Of a stretch of DNA of 64,000 nucleotides, positions 24,475-37,564 are shown piece by piece. Every line of letters begins with the position of its first letter. Position 1 is the stretch's first letter. A program made the position numbers and the translations under genes. The notes under the pieces were generated by a model. The model saw nothing but the letters and a program-made list of their open reading frames with translations, was not told the origin of the DNA and did not search any database. The stretch comes from Somniosus microcephalus (taxonomy: Eukaryota), in contig CM126202.1 in assembly GCA_052327205.1 (NCBI GenBank), positions 407,526,001-407,590,000 on the forward strand, read 5' to 3'.

Positions 24475-25915
24475 GGAAGAGAGAGAGCGACTGGGGGGGA
24501 AGAGAGAGAGCGACTGGGGGGGAAGACAGAGCGCGACTGGGGGGGAAGAGAGAGCGACTGGGGGGGAAGAGAGAGAGAGAGCGACGGGGGGAAGAGAGAG
24601 AGAGAGCGACTGCGGGGGGAAGAGAAAGAGAGAGCGACTGGGGGGGAAGAGAGCGAGAGAGCGACTGGGGGGGAAGAGAGAGAGCGACTGGGGGGAAGAG
24701 AGAGAGCGACTGGGGGGGAAGAGAGAGAGCGACTGGGGGGGAAGAGAGAGAGCGACTGGGGGGGAAGAGAGAGAGCGACTGGGGGGGAAGAGAGAGAGCA
24801 ACTGAGGGGAAGAGAGAGAGCGACTGGGGGGAAGAGAGAGAGAGAGCAACTGGGGGGGAGAGAGAGAGCGACTGGGGGGAAGAGAGAGAGCGCCTGGAGG
24901 GAAGAGAGAGAGCGACTGGGGGGAAGAGAGAGAGCAACTGGGGGAAGAGAGAGAGCGACTGGGGGGAAGAGAGAGCGCGACTGGGGGGAAGAGAGAGAGC
25001 GACTGGGGGGAAGAGAGAGAGCGACTGGGGGGAAGAGAGCGAGCGACTGGGGGGAAGTGAGAGAGCGACTGGGGGGAAGAGAGAGAGCGACTGGGGGGAA
25101 GAGAGAGAGCGACTGGGGGGAAGAGAGAGAGCGACTGGGGGGAAGAGAGAGAGCGACTGGGGGGAAGAGAGAGAGCGACTGGGGGGAAGAGAGAGAGCGA
25201 CTGGGGGAAGAGAGAGAGCGACTGGGGGAAGAGAGAGAGAGCGACTGGGGGGAAGAGAGAGAGCGACTGGGGGGAAGAGAGTGAGCGACTGGGGGGAAGA
25301 GAGAGCGACTGGGTGGGAAGAGAGAGAGCGACTGGGGGGAAGAGAGAGAGCGACTGGGGGGAAGAGAGAGAGCGACTGGGGGGAAGAGAGAGCGAGAGAC
25401 TGGGGGAGAGAGAGAGAGAGACTGGGGGAGAGAGAGCGAGAGACTGGGGGAGAGAGAGAGCGAGAGACTGGGGGAGAGAGAGAGAGAGAGAGACTGGGGG
25501 GGAGAGAGAGAGAGAGAGACTGGGGGAGAGAGAGAGAGAGAGACTGGGGGAGAGAGAGAGAGAGAGAGACTGGGGAAGAGAGAGAGAGAGACTGGGGGAG
25601 AGAGAGAGATAGAGACTGGGGGGGAGAGAGAGAGAGACTGGGGGAGAGNNNNNNNNNNNNNNNNNNNNNNNNNNNNNNNNNNNNNNNNNNNNNNNNNNNN
25701 NNNNNNNNNNNNNNNNNNNNNNNNNNNNNNNNNNNNNNNNNNNNNNNNNNNNNNNNNNNNNNNNNNNNNNNNNNNNNNNNNAGAGAGACGGGGGGGAAAG
25801 AGAGAGAGAGAGACTGGGGGAGAGAGAGAGAGAGAGACTGGGGGAGAGAGAGAGAGACTGGGGGAGAGAGAGAGAGACTGGGGGAGAAGAGAGAGAGAGA
25901 GAGACTGGGGGGAGA
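24475..25915. repeat. GA-rich ~22-bp satellite of Helitron C
   Basis: Same unit as in B, grading to gagactgggggagagaga. Confidence 0.92.
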
Positions 25916-26734
25916 CTCACCGCCGCCGCCAACTACTCGCAGCACGTTTGCAGCCGGCCGTCTGATGGCGCGGCGCTCCGAGGTCAGGTAAGGAGGAGGG
26001 CAGCGGGTAGACTGGAGCCCTGGGCCTGGCCTCCCGCTCAGAGCCCGGGAGCCCCGGGGCGGTGGCACTGCCTGCAGCAGGCAGAGAGCAGCCCCGAGTC
26101 CCCCCTGCGTGAGGAGGAGGAGGGGCTGCGGCGGAAAACGCTGCCCTGCTCACAGCCATCAAAGCAGGAGCGTGTTTCTTCCTCCGGCCGGCCAATCGCG
26201 GCCTGGCGCTTCAGGCCCGGCCGGGCTCTCGGGACGAGACTGAACACGGGGGCGGGGTCAACAGCCCTGGGTGGACGTGCGCCGTGCGCGTGCCTCCGGG
26301 GCTTGTTGTTGTTGGCGGTTGCACTGAGGCTGCAGCGCGAGTGCGAATGAAGTTTGAGCAACTTCCAAGCAGATTGAGTTGTCCTGCCGCAGCCTCAGTT
26401 CCGCCCCACCAGCCTTTACAAAGATAGCGGTGGTGGCTATGTTCGGCTCAGACCCGCCCGGCCAGCCTTTAGAAAGATGGCGGCGATTGCGGGCCGCTTG
26501 TTGAGTGGGACGGGAGGTGCCTAGCTCGGGCGTGGCTGGGCAACAGAGGCCGAGGCTTCAAGGCCTAGAAAAACGGTGAAAGGTAGGAAAATTAATGAGG
26601 TTAGAGAAAAGATTTACAAATTAATTAATTTTTTTTTAAAACAATTTGTGTTTTAAAAGCAACTTTTTTTTTGCTGGAAATCTAGGTTTGAAAATAAACA
26701 CGCAGAAAGTGGGAAAAAGAAATGAAGAGTTAGG

Positions 26735-26960
26735 AATCAAGATGGCGGCCACTCATCTCAGCTCAGAAGGTTTAGGCCCGCCCACACACGCACCGATTGG
26801 TCAACCATCAGGTCACTGAACTGTAGGATTGGTCAATCATCACGTCACTCAACTCTAGGATGGCCCGCCCGCACACGCAATGAACCTGCCCCCGCGATGC
26901 AGCGATTGGTCAACCGTCAGGCCGCTCGACTGTACGATTGGTCAACCTTCACGTCACTCA
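26735..26960 (-). promoter_or_regulatory. Promoter-like module in Helitron C
   Basis: gattgg at 26795, 26827, 26904, 26936; YY1 aagatggcggc; cacgtcac twice. Confidence 0.55.
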
Positions 26961-28319
26961 ATGCTAATGAGCGGATAATGAGCGGAATTTTCAACATTTT
27001 TTGGATAACGCCTGAACAATTTTTGTCTGACCAAAAAGTAAATACGCTTATAACCATTCCAGAATCATAAGCTTTCTTTTGATATAACACATGTGTAGGT
27101 ACGCTCTATAACTTTTGAGTGTATAGAGTACATACAGACAGACAGACGGAAGGACAGACAGACAGACAGAAGAGCTATTTTATACATATAGATTATTAAC
27201 ATTTGTGCTCAGGATCTTTGTCTCAAATTCAAAGAACTGAGTGTCCTACTCCTTTCTTCCTCATGTGCTTATCTAGCTTCCCCTTAAATGCATATGGGAA
27301 AGCTAGATAAGTTACATCAGTTACTAGCAGCACTGCAGCTGGGTAGCTTCAGTGAATGAAAGTGAATGCATTGAATTACACCACTAAGTTATTTTGGTCA
27401 TCCGTTGCCCAGCATGTGTGCCTTCTGACTTTCTCCAGTTGAAAGGGCGCGCTAGCAATCTCTTCCAAGCTTCTTTCACTGTAATGAGAGAAGCTCCCGA
27501 GATCAGAAATCAGTGTTGGAACACTCTCTTTTGGGACCCAGTAACAATTGAATCCACAACAAAAGTTCACAAGTTTGAATCCCAGCACTGGCTCATTCAT
27601 CAATTGACTTTGTTTATACGCTGGCACAGTCTCACCAATTCTCAACTAGTTCTCCAACATAATATTAAGTAATTACTTCGGGTGCAATAAAAAATACACC
27701 TGAATTCCACTGCCTGCTGGCTAGTCTCACAGTGACATTGCTGGTAAGCACGGGAAAGTACACAGACACAAGAAGGCATGGCAGTAAGAGTAGCTGGCCA
27801 AAGGGAGAGGAACATTTAAAAAATGTTTTGTAAATTTTCAATTTTTGATTCAGAACATGCCTCAACAAGCTCTTTGCCCAGAGTAATACAATCCAATCAT
27901 TGCAAAGATCAATAAAAGCAAAAAGTGAAAGACCACTGAAAAGCTAAACAGCGCACTGGGTGAACAAGTTCACTCTCACTCAGTAGGTGAGGTCCCCATT
28001 GTCCTTTACGTTTAGTGTTTTGTTTAGTCTGTGCTCCACTTGCCACGGGTTAGTGGCTCAGGTTTCATTTCCCTAATTGATCAGGAGATGCAGCATTTCC
28101 TCCTAAGACTGCATCATTTCCAGTGTGTTGACAGCAACAGGAAGAAAAGCAGCCAAGCCAGAATCAACTGAGGTGAGAGAAAATGGGGTATGAATTCCAG
28201 CAGCACTCAAAGGGAAATTCTACACGGTCACTCTGCATTTACCTCCCTCCTAACATTTAACAGTCATACTGATCTACTGGCTCTTTTTGAACTTTTAGAA
28301 GGGGTTCATTTTCTACTCT

Positions 28320-28690
28320 CCTTTCATAAAGGAGCTGACTTATTAAGGGGTATGACTCCATAGACTCTGCCAGCCCTCCAGTCTCACTCAAAATACTTCT
28401 CTTCATGTGGCAATCTAGGCAGTGACTCTTGGCAGCCTATTTGGCTATGGAGGCCATCATAGTTGAGCCCAGTTCTGCCCTCACCCACTGTCGAGATACA
28501 TGCACCTTTCCAGCAGGGATCACTAGAGTGGGGAGTCTAGCTGCTTTTTCCCTCCTTTGCCCACAGGTGTTTGGCCAATTGTTAGACCCCCAGGGCTGAC
28601 CCAGCTGAGATCAACTAAATTAGCCCAGACCAGGGATCAAACCTGCTCTGTATTAATCGATTCTACAGCATCTGGTGCATTTACTCTCTC
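28320..28690 (-). mobile_element. Ancient SINE copy
   Basis: tttccagcagggatcact...cagctgagatcaactaa. Confidence 0.6.
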
Positions 28691-29399
28691 TCCAAACTTT
28701 CCAAGACAAGTAGTGAGTGATTCAGCGAGCATCATGTAAAGGATTAAGTCAGCATGTGATAGGTGCTATAATTAAATTGAAGGAATTCAAACTTCCATGT
28801 CAGACCTGCTCAGTTGCTTTCTGGAGTACCATAGAATCATAGAAATTTACGGCACAGAAGGAGGCCATTCGGCCCATCGTGTCTGTGCCTGCCGAAAAAT
28901 CTAATCCCACTCTTGGTCCACAGTCCTGTAGATTACGGCACTTCAAGTGATCTGTACAAGGTCAGGATCAGACACTTCCTGCACTTGAGGTAAACACGAT
29001 TGTTCTGCTTTTCTCGGTGAGCAGTTAAAAATCACATATATTTTTGGACTGTTCCCTTTCAATTTCTTCCTCTTCTTTCTGCCAATACTAAGGAATTTGG
29101 AATTCATTCTGAGGCTGTTACACTGATCCTCTTTTTTTCTGCTGACAATTTAATTAAATTAGTTCTTTAATTGGAATGTCTTTAGCGGGAACTAAGGACA
29201 ACCAATCAGGCAATTAGATAATGACTCTGCAGTTGTTGGGTGGACAGTCAGGGCCCTGTGATTCCACTCAGAAATAGTCCTGCCAATTGTAAGGAAACTG
29301 ACTGAGGAGGGCACCAAGGTTCCAGATAGAAGCCACAGATCTTAAAGAAAATGGGCCTGGAAACTGCAAATAGGAAAAATAGAGAGACTTGAGTTCATA

Positions 29400-29710
29400 T
29401 AGTATATTAGCACATCCTTAAAAATATCACAAGACATTTTGCATACAGTAAAATGACTTCTGAACTGCAGTGACTGCTATTACGTAGGCAAATGCAGCTG
29501 CCATTCTATGCCACTAAAGTCCCACAAACATCAATAAGATAAATGTAGTTTGTGTGTTTTTAGAGGTGGTTGGTGAAGGAGAAATACTGGCCAGGACACG
29601 AGGAGAACTCCCTAATACACTTCAAATAGCACCGTGGAATCTTTAACCAACAGACGATGCATAGAATAGCACCTTCAGCAATGCAGTACTTCCACAGCAC
29701 TGTGCTGGAC
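29400..29710 (-). mobile_element. DeuSINE-like fragment
   Basis: Reverse complement resembles 50750-51020 (tggccaggacac..gagaactcc). Confidence 0.55.
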
Positions 29711-30406
29711 TGCCAGCTAAAGAAATGGCCACAATTAAATTGGGGAAGCTGCAGGAATATGAATAGTTATACTACGGCCTTCTTCAGGAATCTTCAGCTC
29801 CTCGTGCAAGTGTCTTAGGACATTTCCAGATGAGAGAGCCTGGTATTGTACACACAGGTGATGGCGTAAAGGTGGGTCCTATTGGAGCTTCTTAAGGTAT
29901 CTGTCATGCCTCCTCTGATCCTCTTCCACCACATCCTACAAATAAAGGTATGTCTATACAGGTACCCATAGATCCTCACAAATGAGCTCGTTAAGTTAAT
30001 TCACTGGATGAACAAGCATAGTTTAGCAGTACAGCTTTAAGAAGCTGTCAGGAATTCTACAAGAAGTTTTATCACTTTCCTTTGTCCAACAGCAGCAATA
30101 TAGCAGAGAAACAGTGACTTGCAAACAGATTCACTAAAATGGATCGTTTACCTTTAAGACCAAGGACCTGCTGAAGGAAAGAGGCCTCCCTTGCAGTGCG
30201 TGTTTTATATCAACACTGAACCACTGAAGTGTTGGGCACTCCACTTGCACTATTTGCATAAAAATTGAGACTTTAATGAGCCTAGTACACAAGTGGTGCA
30301 GAGGCTCCAAGAATCTGAGGTGCTTCTGGGTCACATTGCTGAGCAGTGTGTGCATCGCGTACTCCTTAGGCTCCAGCACGATAACATAGGGAGCCAGGAC
30401 CCCATG

Positions 30407-30810
30407 CAATTTCAATTTCAATTTCAATTTCAATTTCAATTTTATTGGTCACATAACTAAATACAAGAAGTGTAATCTAGTCGGTGAAATGTTTTTTTCT
30501 TGACGAGCCGAGAGCACCAAGCAGCAAGAACACTTCGCTGCCTGGTACGCACGGAGCTCGCAAGGACGGCAGCCATCTTCATCGGTGCCATCACAAAAAA
30601 ACACATACTGACATATACACGCATACATACTTTAAATATAAATAAAGCAGGCATAAAATAAATAAAAGACATAAAAAGACAGCACATAAAATGAACAATA
30701 ATGTAAAAAAAGTAATTTCTACAGCAATTACATTGATATTTCTACCCAGGCTTCTAGAATAATCTTTGGTTACAGGGTGGCCGCACTGGGAGAGCATCGT
30801 GAGGAACTCA
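30407..30810 (-). mobile_element. Retroposon 3' end with AATAAA + (TTGAAA)n tail (Rex1/Babar-like)
   Basis: (caattt)6 then tattggtcacata; related in style to the 1872 insert. Confidence 0.5.
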
Positions 30811-31071
30811 CAACTTATAATTAAATAAATGTAATTAATTAATTAATTAATTAATTAATTAAATTAAATAAATAAAGTGCCCCCTCAGTCTTTCTCGATG
30901 TTTCCATCTTGGTCTCTTTCGATGTTTCCCCTCTCTCTCTCTCAATGTTTCCTCTGTCTTTCTCGATGTTTCCTCTCAGTTTTTCTCAATGTTTCCCCTT
31001 GGTTTCTTCCACACACCTGACCTGCACATTACCCCTGGCTGTCCAACTTGGCGTCCTGGTAACCGGGTTCC

Positions 31072-31222
31072 GCTCCAGCTCTCATCCTTCAAACTGTCTC
31101 TCCAGCTCTCGACCTTCAAACTGTCTCTCCAGCTCTCGACCTTCAAACTGTCACTCCAGCTCTCGACCTTCAAACTGTCACTCCAGCTCCCGACCTTCAA
31201 ACTGTCTCTCCAGCTCTCGACT
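31072..31222. repeat. 27-bp tandem repeat x5.5, preceded by (TAAT)n and a ~22-bp repeat
   Basis: ctccagctctcgaccttcaaactgtct. Confidence 0.9.
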
Positions 31223-31589
31223 GGACTGACACTGCAATATGAGTGCCCAAGGCTGCATTATTCACCCTAACTAGTGTGGTGTTTTTGGTCAATTTCTTAA
31301 TTCTTTTCCCACTGAAGGTGTTGACTCTTGATGGGGTATGGTTCTATTGAAGCTGGCAGCCAATGGTACCTGATTCAAGTGGCTGGTCTTCATGCATGAG
31401 CCTTGCAGTGAGTGTCAGCAGGCTATTCAACCATGAGGAATATCAGAACAAGTCTAATCCTCACCTGTCTTCACCTGGTGTCCATATTTGTGCACTTACT
31501 GGCAGGAGTCACTGGATGGTGATCAGGAGTGGGAATCCAGATAATTTTCTCCTCCCTTATTCAGAAGCACATATGACAGTTGTAGCAAT

Positions 31590-32205
31590 CACACTTGGAA
31601 TATTCTGTACAGTTCTGGTCACCACATTACAAAAAGGATATTGGAACAATTGAAAGCGTACAGAAGACAACAAACAGAACGACTGAGGGAATGGAGCGAT
31701 TCAATTATAATTGCATTTGTGTAATGTGCTCACTGGAAAAGAAGTGGTTGAAAGGTGATATGATTGCTGTTTTTAGGATTCTGAAAGGACTAGATAATGT
31801 AGACCATGACAAGCTCTTTCACCTTGTCCAGAACAGTAAAACCAGAGGACACGACCTGCGCTTGAAATAAATTCAAAACTAATCTGTGGAAACAATTATT
31901 TCAGTGAGCGAGTGGTCAATCGATGGAAAAGGTGCCCTAGGAAGACAGTGGAAGCAGTTAGTATTGATTAATTCAAATATAAATTAGATATATTTCTTTC
32001 AGTAATAAATATTTTGGGATACAGTATATGAGTATGTTTAGACATAACATGTGGTAAGTGTAGCATGCTTTCGAGGAACAGGTGACTTTGGATCTTTGTT
32101 TCCCAAAGCACTCCACCACTGGGGTTTTCCTTGACTCATGTCTGGATCTGTAGACTAATTGGTAGAGATTGATTGCTATGATTAGTCAGCAACTCTATTA
32201 TCATT
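31590..32205 (+). mobile_element. Old CR1 3' fragment, continuing at ~35487-35570
   Basis: EYSVQFWSPHYKKD...KTRGHDLRL; split by the 32209 LINE. Confidence 0.7.
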
Positions 32206-32208
32206 GTA

Positions 32209-35200
32209 TTTTTTTTTAATTCATTCACAGGATGTGGGCATCACTGGCAAGGCCAGTATTTATTGCCCAAACCTAGTTGTCCTCGAGAAGGTGGCGGTGA
32301 GCTGCCTTCTTGAACTGCTGCAGTCTGTGTGGTGATGGTACTCCCACAGTGCTGTTAGGGAGGGAGTTCCAGGATTTTAACCCAGTGACGATGAAGCAAC
32401 GGTGATATATTTCCAAGTCAGGATGGTGTGTGACTTGGAGGGGAACTTGCAGGTGATGATGTTCCCATGCACCAGCTGCCCTTGTCCTTCTAGGTGGTAG
32501 AAGTCACGGGTTTGGGAGGTGCTGTCGAAGAAGTCTTGGTGAGTTGCTGCAGTGCATCTTGTAGATGGTACACACTGCAGCCATGGTGCACCGGTGGTGG
32601 AGAGAGTGAATGTTTAAGGTGGTGGATGGGGTGCCGATCAAGTGGGCTGCTTTGTCCTGGATGGTGTCGAGCTTCTTCAGTGTTGTTGGAGTTGCACTCA
32701 TCCAGTGAAATGGAGAGTATTCCATCACACTCCTGACTTGTGGAAAGGCATTGGGAGTCAGGAGGTGAGACATTTGCCACAGAATACCCAGCCTCTGACC
32801 TGCTCTTGTAGCCACAGTATTTATGTGGCTGGTCCAGTTAAGTTTCTGGTCAATGGTGACTCCCAGGATGTTGCTGGTGAGGGATTCGGCGATGGTAATG
32901 CCGTTGAATGTCAAGAAGTGATGGTAAGACTCTCGCTTGTTGGAGATAGTCATTGCCTGGTATTTGTGTGGTGCGAATGTTAATTGCCACTCATCAGCCC
33001 AAGCCTGAATGTTGTCCAGGTCTTGCTACATGTGGGCATGGATGGCTTCATTATCTGGGGAGTTGCGAATGGAACTGAACATTGTGCAATCATCAGTGAA
33101 CATCCCCACTTCTGACCTTATGATGGAGGGAAGGTCATTGATGAAGCAACTGAAGATGGTTGGGCCTAGGACACTGCCCTGAGGAACTCCTGCAGCGCTG
33201 TCCTGGGTTGAGATGATTGACCTCCAACAACTACAACCATCTTCCTTTATGCTAAGTATGACTCCAGCCAGAGGAGTGTTTTCCCCCGATTCCCATTGAC
33301 TTCAGTTTTACTAGGGCTCCTTGATGCCACACTCAGTCAAATGCTGCCTTGATGTCAAGGTCAGTCACTCTCCCCTCAATTCTGTAATTCAGCTCTTTTG
33401 TCCATGTTTGGACCAAGGCTGTAATGAGATTTGGAACCGAGTGGTCCAGGCGGAACCCAAACTCAGCATTGGTAAGCAGGTTATTGGTGAGTAAGTGTCG
33501 CTTGATAGCACTGTTGACGACACCTTCCATCACTTTGCTGATAATTGAGAGTAGACTGATGGGACGGTAATTGGCCAGATTGGATTTGTCCTGCTTTTTG
33601 TGGACAGGACATACCTGGGCAGTTTTCCACATTGTCTGGTAGATGCTAGTGTTGTAGCTGTACTGGAACAGCTTGGCTAGAGGCGCGGCTAGTTCTGGAG
33701 CGCAAGTCTTCAGCAAGAGAGCCGCGATGTTGTCGGGGCCCATAGCCTTTGTTGTATCCAGTGCGCTCAGCCGTTTCTTGATATCACGTGGAGTGAACTG
33801 AATTGGCTGAGGACTGGCTTCTATGATGATAAGGACATCAGGAGGAGGCCGATAAGGATCATCCACTCGGCACTTCTGGCTGAAGATGGTTGCAAACGCT
33901 TCAGCCTTGGTTTTGCACTCACGTGCTGGGCTCCGCCATCATTGAGGATGGGCATATTCATGGAGCCTCCTCCTCCCATTAGTTTTGAATTGTCCACCAC
34001 CATTCCCGACTGGATGTGGCAGGACTGCAGAGCTTTGATCTGATTTGTTGGTTGTGGGATCGCATAGCTCTGTCTATAGCATGCTGCTTCCGCTGTTTAG
34101 CATGCATGTAGTCCTGTGTTGCAGCTTCCCTAGGTTGGCACCTCATTTTTAGGTACACCGGGTGCTGCTCCTTGCATGCTCTTCTGCACTCCTCATTGAT
34201 CCAGGGTTGGTACCCTCACTTGATCGGAATGGTAGAGAGAGGGATATGCCAGGCCATGAGGTTACAGATTGTGGTGGACTACAATTCTGATGCTGCTGAT
34301 GACCCATTGTGCCTCATAGATGTCCAGTTTTGAGCTGCTATATCTGTTCTGAATCTATCCCATTTAACATGGAGGTGGTGCCACACAACACGATGGAGGG
34401 TCTCCTCAGTGTGAAGATGGGTCTTCATCTCCACAAGGACTGTGCGGTGGTCACTGCTACCAATACTGTCATGGACAGATGCATCTGCAACTGGTAGATT
34501 GGTGAGGACAAGGTCAAATAGGTTTCCCCTTGTTTTCGTTCTCTCACCACCTGCCGCAGACCCATTCTGGCAGCTGTGTCCTTCAGGACTTGGCCAGCCC
34601 GGTCAGTAGTGGTGCTACCGAGCCACTCTGAGACATTGAAGTCCCCCACCCAGAGTATATTCTGTGCCCTTGCTACTCTCAGTGCTTCTTCCAAGTGGTG
34701 TTCAACATGGAAGAGTACTGATTCATCAGCTGAGGGAGGGCGGTAGGTGGTAATCAGCAGGAGGTTTCCTTGCCCATGCTTGACCTGAAGCCATTAGACT
34801 TCATGGGGTCTGGAGTCAATGTTGAGGAGTCCCAGGACCACTCCCTCCCGACTGTATACCACTGTATCGCCACCTCTGGTGGGTCTGTCCAGCCGGTGGG
34901 ACAGGACATACCCGGGGATGGTGATGGAGGAGTCTGGGACATTGGCTGAAAGGTATGATTCTGTAAGTATGACTATGTCAGGCTGTTGCTTGACTAGTCT
35001 GTGGGACAGCTCTACCAATTTTGACACAAGTCCCCAAATGTTGGTGAGGAGGACTTTGCAGCGTCAACTGGGCTGGGTGTGCTGTTGTCGTGTCCGAAGT
35101 TGATGCAGAGTGGTCAGTCCGGTTTCATTCTTATTATTGTTTTCTGTAGCGGTTTGTTACAACTGAGTGGCTTGCTAGGCCATTTCAGAGGGCAGTTAAG

Positions 35201-35482
35201 AGTCAACCACGTTGCTGTGGGTCTGGAGTCACATATAGGCCAGGCCAGGTAAGGACAGCAGATTTCCTTCTCTAAAGGACATTAGTGAACCAGATGGATT
35301 TTTACGACAATCCGATAGTTTCATGGTCACCATTACTAATACTAGCTTTTTATTCCAGATTTATTTAATTCACCAAATTGAAATTCCCCAGCTGCCGTGG
35401 TGGGATTTGAACTCATGTCTCTGGATTATTAGTCCAGGCCTCTGGATTACTAGTCCATTAACATAACCAATATGCTACCGTT
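32209..35482 (-). mobile_element. Jockey/CR1-group LINE, apparently full length: tRNA-like head, single APE-RT ORF (disrupted), A tail
   Basis: APE (IVILTESYL, VGDFN), RT (KAMGPDNI, NYRPISLLS, DIKAAFD); A/B boxes at 35402-35477; attatcat on both flanks. Confidence 0.85.
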
Positions 35483-35594
35483 CCTGATTATCATGTGACT
35501 ACCAGGATGTTAAAAGGTGAACTAAATGGACCGTGGTCTTTTTCTCATCTAGCAATTCCTATGTTCCTAAATGCTGCCCCAACGGAGACAATAT

Positions 35595-36288
35595 GGTCCT
35601 GATTTTAATGGGGGGGGGGGGCAGGGAGGGTGGGAATGGTGCGCACGAGCCTCCGAGTGGGTGGTGCACCCGGAAACCACAGAGATGGCTTAGCCCGGCA
35701 GGGGCTCATTTCCATGACTTTCATCGGATTCCCACTCGAACCTGGCCAGATCCAATACCTGGCCAACGGGTGGGAGCGGGAATTCAGGTGGCAGGACACC
35801 GCTGCCGGGGACCCACAGGAACGGACCCTGTCAGTCAAGTAAGTGATGGGGGGGCAGTCGGGAGAGGGTGGGGAAAGTCCAAGGCAGGGGCCACCCAAGG
35901 TTTCTTTGTGGGGTCTGGAGGAGCCCTCCTAGCCACAAGGAAGCCTAAAAGAAAGTTTTAAACTGACCTGTCTGGGCCTCTTCTGGCCCATGATCCACTC
36001 CCCGTGAGGTTTTGCCTGATGGGGAAGACGTCACTGCACCCCTGCTCAAGCCTCAGACTAAAATTGCCGTTGGGTCACGATGACATCATCGGTCCCCAAT
36101 CTCCATATTTAAAGCAGGACCCCGCTATCTTCCTGTGGGTATACTGCTTGCCTGCTCAAAAGAGCAGGTTAATATTGGAAGCCGGCAGGAAGGCAGTGGG
36201 ATCACAGGGGGTAAGTCGCTGTCTTTATTTTAATTGCCTCCCTGCCCGATTTCCACCATGCGGGGGGGGGGAAATTAAAATCGGGGCC
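35595..36288. mobile_element. Harbinger-type MITE
   Basis: TIRs ggtcctgattttaat / attaaaatcggggcc. Confidence 0.7.
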
Positions 36289-37564
36289 TTTGTGTTATAC
36301 ACTGAGATGATATTTTAGAGTATAAGACAGATGGGTCTTCACTGCGTTGGGCTGCTCAGGGAGAGTCTGCACAAATGGGCTTTTTTTCTCAAATCTGGGA
36401 GTTGATTTTGTTCAATTTAACTGCCTAGTAAGCACTAACTTATGTTAAAGTAGACAGAGCAGGGGGAATTCTTGCTCGCTCTGCCAAGTAGATAGCGTTT
36501 CACTCAAGGGTTACTGAACTCCATCCGCTCAGTGACCTTATCCATTGGCCGACTGCAGGGTCCATGTCACAAAATCGCATGTTATTTCCCAGCAGTCTGA
36601 AGGCCGGATAGCTTCCTCAAGCCATCGCTGACATTTCCAGAGGCCTCGAATGAAAGGATTGTTACATGAAACTGCACACACTTCCTGCAATACTTATCAT
36701 TCCTGTCTCCTTCCTTCCAGCCTCCAGACAGACCACACATTATTATAAAGCTGTGTTTTTCACATTTTCTGCCAGGGGGTAACTCTGTGTTTAACCGTGT
36801 CAAACCACGGCGCGAATCATTGGTTTGGTGGATGTGGGGTTTTTTAATTGTGAAGAGCAAGTCCCACAATGCAAGACCAAGGTCAAAAAGAGCAAAAGCG
36901 AAAATAAGTTGATTCAAGAAGCAGTGATTATGTGATGCCAGGCTCGGATTTTAAAAACCTATAAATTATAGCAGGAAGAGCAGTGTAATGGAGGTCACAA
37001 GATAAATCCAGGAAAAGAAGGCCATTTCTCTGATCTTTATCCATCAGCCCCCCAAAAAATCGTACAGTTCCATCACAGCATCCAACTGCTCCCGATGAAC
37101 TGTTTTTAACTTCTCTCACCACTCCACTCCCCCGCCTCCCCCACCCCCCTCAGCCAGATGTCTACTCCAAGTGGAAGAAGTTCCACGGGTTTGAGGTCGT
37201 GGGAAGAAATAAGTTGTAGTTTGTCTTTAATTGTTATTTGTGTGTAACTTGTGTTTGCAAGTACTGTGACATTGTGACACCATTAGTATATTGATGTTAT
37301 CACATCGTCAGAAGAAAGACTTGCTTTTATTGAGCACCTTAGCACATCCTTCAGAAAAATTCCAAAGCACTTCACACACACTGAATTACTTCGAAATCCA
37401 GTGACTGTTGTTATGTAGACAAATTTGTGTTTAAGTCCAGAGAGGAGCCCTTCTAGTCTATACCGCAGCCGTGTGCTAAAACATATGTTTAATTTCTTAA
37501 GAAACAATACATGATGCTATGCATTGGTGGAGGGGAGTATTGCTCTTCTACATTACATGGATAG

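Larger units (their letters stand above)
24433..27192 (-). mobile_element. Non-autonomous Helitron unit C (lacks terminal CTAG)
   Basis: A|TC 5' end at 27192; hairpin cccggcggtgccgagg at 24435 abuts the 5' end of unit B; ctagctggag is missing. Confidence 0.85.

Noticed and set aside
24475-25915. CRISPR-like regular repeats
   Set aside because: No unique spacers, no cas genes, eukaryotic context.
19060-26068. Long ORFs up to 634 aa (Ser/Leu/Pro or Glu/Arg/Gly rich)
   Set aside because: Translations of GA satellite and N gaps; open in several frames.
35395-35482. tRNA gene
   Set aside because: Internal duplication, no convincing cloverleaf or terminator; it is a retroelement head.
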